Shown here: piece after piece, positions 9,577 to 13,019 of the stretch
Layout: each line of letters starts with the position of its first letter
Position numbering within the stretch: position 1 is the first letter of the stretch
Assembly (NCBI GenBank): GCA_036012755.1
Contig: DASCPX010000117.1
Span: forward strand, 1 to 13,019
Origin: Myxococcota bacterium
GTDB lineage: Bacteria; Myxococcota_A; UBA796; CAJQPC01
Reading direction: 5' to 3'
Length of the DNA stretch: 13,019 nucleotides
The notes under the pieces: model-generated
Told to the model about the DNA's origin: nothing
Database searches by the model: none
Seen by the model: only the letters and a program-made list of their open reading frames with translations
Made by a program: the position numbers and the translations under genes

Positions 9577-9989
9577 TCGCCCTGCTCAGTCTGGGCCTGC
9601 TCGCCGCGCCCATCAAGGCCCCGCCCGAGACCGCCGCGCTCTACGCCCTCACCCCCGACCACGAGGGCCCGCTGCTGGTGAACTTCTGGGCCAGCTGGTG
9701 CTCGCCCTGCGCCGCCGAGCTGCCCCTGCTCGCCCACCTGGACGACGAGGTGGATGACCTGCGAGTGGTGCTGGTGAACATCGACCACCAGCGGCGTCGG
9801 GCCGAGGCCATGGTCCGCCGGCTGGAGCTGGACCTGCCTGTGATCTACGACACCGACGGCGAGCTCACCCGAGCATTCGACCCGGCGGCCCTGCCGTCGA
9901 GCTGGCTGCTCGTCGAGGGAGAGGTGCGACAGGTCTACGAGGGAGTCATCGAGATCGAGCAGGTCCGCCGCGACGTGGAGGCGCTGTGA
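9573..9989 (+). CDS. TlpA/ResA-like thioredoxin-fold disulfide reductase
   Basis: LLVNFWASWCSPCAAELP, V.V.LVNID, cis-Pro ALPSSWL; N-terminal hydrophobic signal; ATGA overlap. Confidence 0.92.
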   Translation: MIALLSLGLLAAPIKAPPETAALYALTPDHEGPLLVNFWASWCSPCAAELPLLAHLDDEVDDLRVVLVNIDHQRRRAEAMVRRLELDLPVIYDTDGELTRAFDPAALPSSWLLVEGEVRQVYEGVIEIEQVRRDVEAL

Positions 9990-10171
9990 TCCTGTTCCTC
10001 TGGCTGGCCTGCGTGCCGCTGAGGCCCTACGAGCGTGCGCAGCTGCAGGCGCGGCTGATGGCGGAGCCGCTGGAGGACCTCGAGGGTGGCGCCGACGCCC
10101 ACGTGCTGGCCGCGCGCGAGTTCGCCACCGGCGCGGCGGTGACCAAGGGGTCGGCCTGCGGATGCAATTGA
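9986..10171 (+). CDS. DUF4266-like small lipoprotein
   Basis: MILFLWLA-C-VPLRPYER..L...M, H....RE, C-terminal CGCN; GTGA overlap; lies between the TlpA and DUF3570-like genes. Confidence 0.85.
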   Translation: MILFLWLACVPLRPYERAQLQARLMAEPLEDLEGGADAHVLAAREFATGAAVTKGSACGCN

Positions 10172-11214
10172 TCCTTCTGGGGCTTGCCACGGCGGGCGAG
10201 GTCGCCACCCGGGTCGACGTCTACGACGACGGCTGGGTCGAGGTGGTGATGCCCGCCGTGTCCGTGTCCGTGGACCAGGACCATGGGACGGTCGGCGCTA
10301 CCTGGACCGCCGACATCCTGAGCGGCGCCACCACCCAGCTCGACGCGGACCTGGTGAGTTCCGCGACGACCTACAGCGAGACGCGGCACCAGTTGGACGT
10401 GCAGGGCCTGACGCGGCGGCACGACTGGCAGCTCGGCGCTGGCCTCAGCGAGAGCCGGGAGCCCGATCACCGGTCGCACAGCGGAGGGGTCGAGCTGAGC
10501 CGCGAGCTCTTCGAGAGCATGAGCACCGTCAGCGTGGGCTACGGACTGAGCGTGCAGCGCGGCGGGCGCGTCGACCAGGAGCAGGCGTGGCAGCGCTCGG
10601 TGGAGCACGCCATGGACCTGACCTGGACCCAGATCCTGGGCCGGCGCACCGTGATGAGCGTGCTGGTGTACGGCGCGATGGCGCGCTGCGGCGAGCAGCT
10701 GGGCTGCTACGCGAACGCCTACCGGTTCGTGCCCCTGGAGAAGGGCCTGGTGGTGCCCGAGCGCAACCCCCACCAGCTCGGTCGAGCGGCGGCCGCCCTG
10801 CGCTTCGCCCAGGCCCTGGGCAACCGGGCGGCGCTGCTCGGCGGCTACCGCTTCTACCAGGACACCTGGGAGGTGCGGGCGCACACCGCGGACCTCACCG
10901 CCAGGCTGCTGGTGATGGACGAGCGCTTGATGCTCAGCGGGACCGGGCGCTACAGCAACCAGAGCGGGGCCTCGTTCGGCGCCTCGCCGCAGGTGGCCGA
11001 CCTGGCCGTCCCCGGGTGGCGCTCCGCCGACCGTGAGCTCTCCGGCTTCGTCAGCCAGCACGCGGGTCTGCGCGCCGAGTGGTCCTTCTTCGGGGTCGGA
11101 CCGTGGCTCCGTCTCGGCGTCTCGGCCAGGGGAGCCCGCATGTGGACGACCTACCTGGAAGGGAGTGAGCGGGCTGCCTGGATGGTCGGTGTGGGGCTCA
11201 CGGGTGAGCGTTAG
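10162..11214 (+). CDS. DUF3570-like outer-membrane beta-barrel, candidate ApbE flavinylation substrate
   Basis: Short signal MQLILLGLATA; DILSGAT/DLVSSAT; S.E.D..S; GcyaNaYR; ER.P..; YRFY.D.W.V.AHT; aDReLS.F; context TlpA-DUF4266-X-ApbE. Confidence 0.82.
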   Translation: MQLILLGLATAGEVATRVDVYDDGWVEVVMPAVSVSVDQDHGTVGATWTADILSGATTQLDADLVSSATTYSETRHQLDVQGLTRRHDWQLGAGLSESREPDHRSHSGGVELSRELFESMSTVSVGYGLSVQRGGRVDQEQAWQRSVEHAMDLTWTQILGRRTVMSVLVYGAMARCGEQLGCYANAYRFVPLEKGLVVPERNPHQLGRAAAALRFAQALGNRAALLGGYRFYQDTWEVRAHTADLTARLLVMDERLMLSGTGRYSNQSGASFGASPQVADLAVPGWRSADRELSGFVSQHAGLRAEWSFFGVGPWLRLGVSARGARMWTTYLEGSERAAWMVGVGLTGER

Positions 11215-12157
11215 CCTGTGGGTCGCCACCGCGTGGGCCTCGTGGGCGACGGTCTCGACCGAGGCCATGTCCACCCGCGTCGACCTGAGCCTGCCCGCCG
11301 AAGACGCCGAGAAGGCGGAGCTCGCCTGGGAGGTCTTCGCCACGGTCGAGGCCCAGGCCAACGAGTGGCGCGAGGACTCCCCCATCGGCCGTGTCAATGC
11401 CCGGGCTCCCCAGGCCGTAGTCGTGCCCGAGGACGTCTTCGCCCTGGTCCAGAGGGGGGTCGAACTGGGCGCCCTCACCGGCGGCGCCTTCGACATCTCC
11501 TGGGCGGCGCTCTGGGGCTTGTGGGACTTTTCCACCCCCGGGCCCGTTCCAGACGCCAGAGAGTGCGCCCGCCGCGCTGCCCAGGTGGACTACACCCGGA
11601 TCGAGCTGGACCCCGAGCAGCTCACGGTGCGGCTGCCCGAGGGCATGAAGATCGGCCTGGGCGGGCTGGCCAAAGGCCACGCCCTGGACCGGGCCGCCGC
11701 AGCCCTGCGCGCCGCCGGAGTGCGCGACTTCGCCCTTTCGGCCGGCGGGCAGGTGCTCGCCAGCGGCGAGAAGGACGGCCGCCCCTGGCGGGTCGGCGTG
11801 CGGGACCCTCGCGGCGCCCCAGACGACTACTTCGCGTTGCTCGACGCCAGCAACACCTCCGTGTCCACCAGCGGCGACTACGAGCGGTACTTCGAGCACG
11901 ACGGCGTGCGCTACCACCACATCCTGGACCCGCGCACCGGCCTCCCAGCCCGCGGGTTGCGCTCCGCGACGGTGGTGAGCGCGGACGCCACGCTGGCGGA
12001 CGCGCTGGCCACCGCCCTGATGGTCCTCGGCCGCGACGAGGGCCTCCGGCTGGTCGCTGAGCTGAAGGGGACGGAAGCGGTCGTGGTGGATGACCATGGG
12101 CGGGTCTTCTCCACTGACGGGCTCCAGCTCACCCTGGCCCACGCCCCCCTACCCTGA
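11204..12157 (+). CDS. apbE: FAD:protein FMN transferase (ApbE family)
   Basis: GTG 11204 overlapping the upstream stop gives MSVSLWVATAWA; AM.T; TGGAFDIS; LGGLAKGHALD; W.VGV.DP; STSGDYERYF; YHHILDPRTG; ADALATAL. Confidence 0.95.
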   Translation: MSVSLWVATAWASWATVSTEAMSTRVDLSLPAEDAEKAELAWEVFATVEAQANEWREDSPIGRVNARAPQAVVVPEDVFALVQRGVELGALTGGAFDISWAALWGLWDFSTPGPVPDARECARRAAQVDYTRIELDPEQLTVRLPEGMKIGLGGLAKGHALDRAAAALRAAGVRDFALSAGGQVLASGEKDGRPWRVGVRDPRGAPDDYFALLDASNTSVSTSGDYERYFEHDGVRYHHILDPRTGLPARGLRSATVVSADATLADALATALMVLGRDEGLRLVAELKGTEAVVVDDHGRVFSTDGLQLTLAHAPLP

Positions 12158-12205
12158 AGCTCCTGGCGATCCGGAGTCCTTCAATGGGCCGTACACGATG
12201 CGAGG

Positions 12206-12236
12206 CCTGACGAGGCGCTTCCCGGGGCACGTCAGG
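12206..12236 (+). terminator. Inverted repeat downstream of apbE
   Basis: CCTGACG (12206-12212) / CGTCAGG (12230-12236); no U-tract. Confidence 0.25.
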
Positions 12237-12267
12237 GACGGCCTGGGAAGGTCTGGGACGGGTCCCC

Positions 12268-12343
12268 CTACTCGATGTATCCGGTGAGTTGAGGAATCAC
12301 CATGGGTTGCGGCTCCTGGGATCAGTTGGTGGGATCACTTTGT
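12268..12343 (+). repeat. Direct repeat copy 2 (putative terIS end of the IS91/ISCR-like element)
   Basis: 62/76 identical to 2667-2742; immediately precedes the transposase fragment. Confidence 0.9.
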
Positions 12344-12354
12344 ACCAGAGCGCC

Positions 12355-12840
12355 GCGCGTCCGCCGTTGGCGAAGGGGCGGCTGGAGGAGAACCCGGATG
12401 GCACCCTGCGGCTTCATCTGAAGCGTCCGTGGTCGGACGGCACGGTCGCGTTCACCTTCAGCGCGGCGGAGTTCGTCGAGCGACTCGCTGCGCTGATCCC
12501 GCCTCCGCACAAGAACCAGGTGATTTATCATGGGGTGCTGGCGCCTCGGGCTGCCTGGCGGCAGCAGGTGGTGCCGCGTCCACTTCGCATCACGGATGCG
12601 CAGCGCAAGCGTCGGGTAGCCGATGTGCTGACGCGGACGCCGAGCCGCGCGGACAGGCCCAGGTGGACACCCTGGCGGCAGCTGCTGGAGCGGACGTTTG
12701 GCGCTGATGGGTTCGGGTGTCCGAACTGCTTTCAGCGGATGCGGCTTCGTGCGGTTGTGATGCCGCCCGCGACGCTTCGTGTGATCGAGGGCCTCCAGGC
12801 GGCGAGTCGCGCGCCTCCTGGGGAGCGGGGGGCTGGCTGA
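12355..12840 (+). pseudogene. IS91/ISCR-family (HUH Y2-type) transposase, C-terminal fragment
   Basis: ARPPLA..RL...DG.L.L.LKRPWSDGT..F.F...EF.ERLAALIPPP..N...YHGVLAP...WR..VVP; W..LL.R.F..D...CP.C...MR; terminal RAPP. The Zn-binding N-terminus, HUH motif and catalytic RY before ARP are missing. Confidence 0.9.
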
Positions 12841-12900
12841 CGCCGCAGGACCGCCTGTTGGTGGGCACACCTGCGTCCCGCTCTCAGGGGCGGGGGCGTT

Positions 12901-13019
12901 TTCGGGTCAGGTGAGGGCGAAAGCGCTCACGAAGGGGTGGACCCGGGTGAAAAAACCAGCGTCGCGCACCGAAGATCGCCAGGGGCATAGGTTGAAAAGT
13001 GGTCTAATGCTGCCTATCC
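12901..13019 (+). other. Putative oriIS region with nested hairpin
   Basis: CGGGTC (12903-12908)/GACCCG (12940-12945) encloses GTGAGGGC-GAAA-GCGCTCAC (12911-12930). ATAGG (12987-12991)/CCTAT (13013-13017). The window ends at CCTATCC. Confidence 0.55.

Larger units (their letters stand above)
12268..13019 (+). mobile_element. Internally deleted (non-autonomous) IS91/ISCR-family rolling-circle element, about 750 bp
   Basis: Putative left end, then a transposase 3' fragment, a hairpin-rich 3' region, and terminal AAAAGTGGTCTAATGCTGCCTATCC resembling the G.GGTT.....T.CCTAT oriIS ends of IS91/ISCR elements. Codons are more G/T-ending than in host genes. Confidence 0.75.

Noticed and set aside
10963..10974. 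Third SGAS flavinylation motif in the DUF3570-like protein
   Set aside because: It lacks the upstream Asp and lies in a probable barrel strand or turn; likely chance.
12289..12354. TTG-started 183-aa functional transposase, or a peptide encoded by the repeat (GTG 2688 / TTG 12289)
   Set aside because: The start lies in the terminal repeat and catalytic motifs are absent. Differences between the two copies are mostly non-synonymous in that frame.

Overview
High-GC bacterial DNA (about 70% by eye). The Cys-rich MopE-type lipoprotein, planctomycete-type cytochrome c domains and very short signal peptides suggest a Myxococcota/deltaproteobacterium-like host (inference). The left part (1-2625) has a YdeI/OmpD-associated protein end, a Cys/Asp-repeat lipoprotein, a DEDDh exonuclease, a hypothetical protein and two 5'-less gene fragments joined head-to-head near 2425. 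The core (2778-12157) is a tightly coupled 9-gene operon behind a perfect palindromic Fur box: outer-membrane porin, imelysin, di-heme DHOR, a 932-aa HzsA-like multiheme beta-propeller lipoprotein, a small CX4CH cytochrome lipoprotein, TlpA thioredoxin, DUF4266-like, DUF3570-like beta-barrel and the ApbE flavin transferase. The operon lies between two diverged ~76-bp direct repeats (2667-2742 and 12268-12343). The second repeat is the left end of an internally deleted IS91/ISCR-family element whose oriIS-like end coincides with the end of the window. The redox/iron operon may therefore be cargo of a ~10.35-kb rolling-circle element. Family assignments come from motif recognition only; no searches were run.
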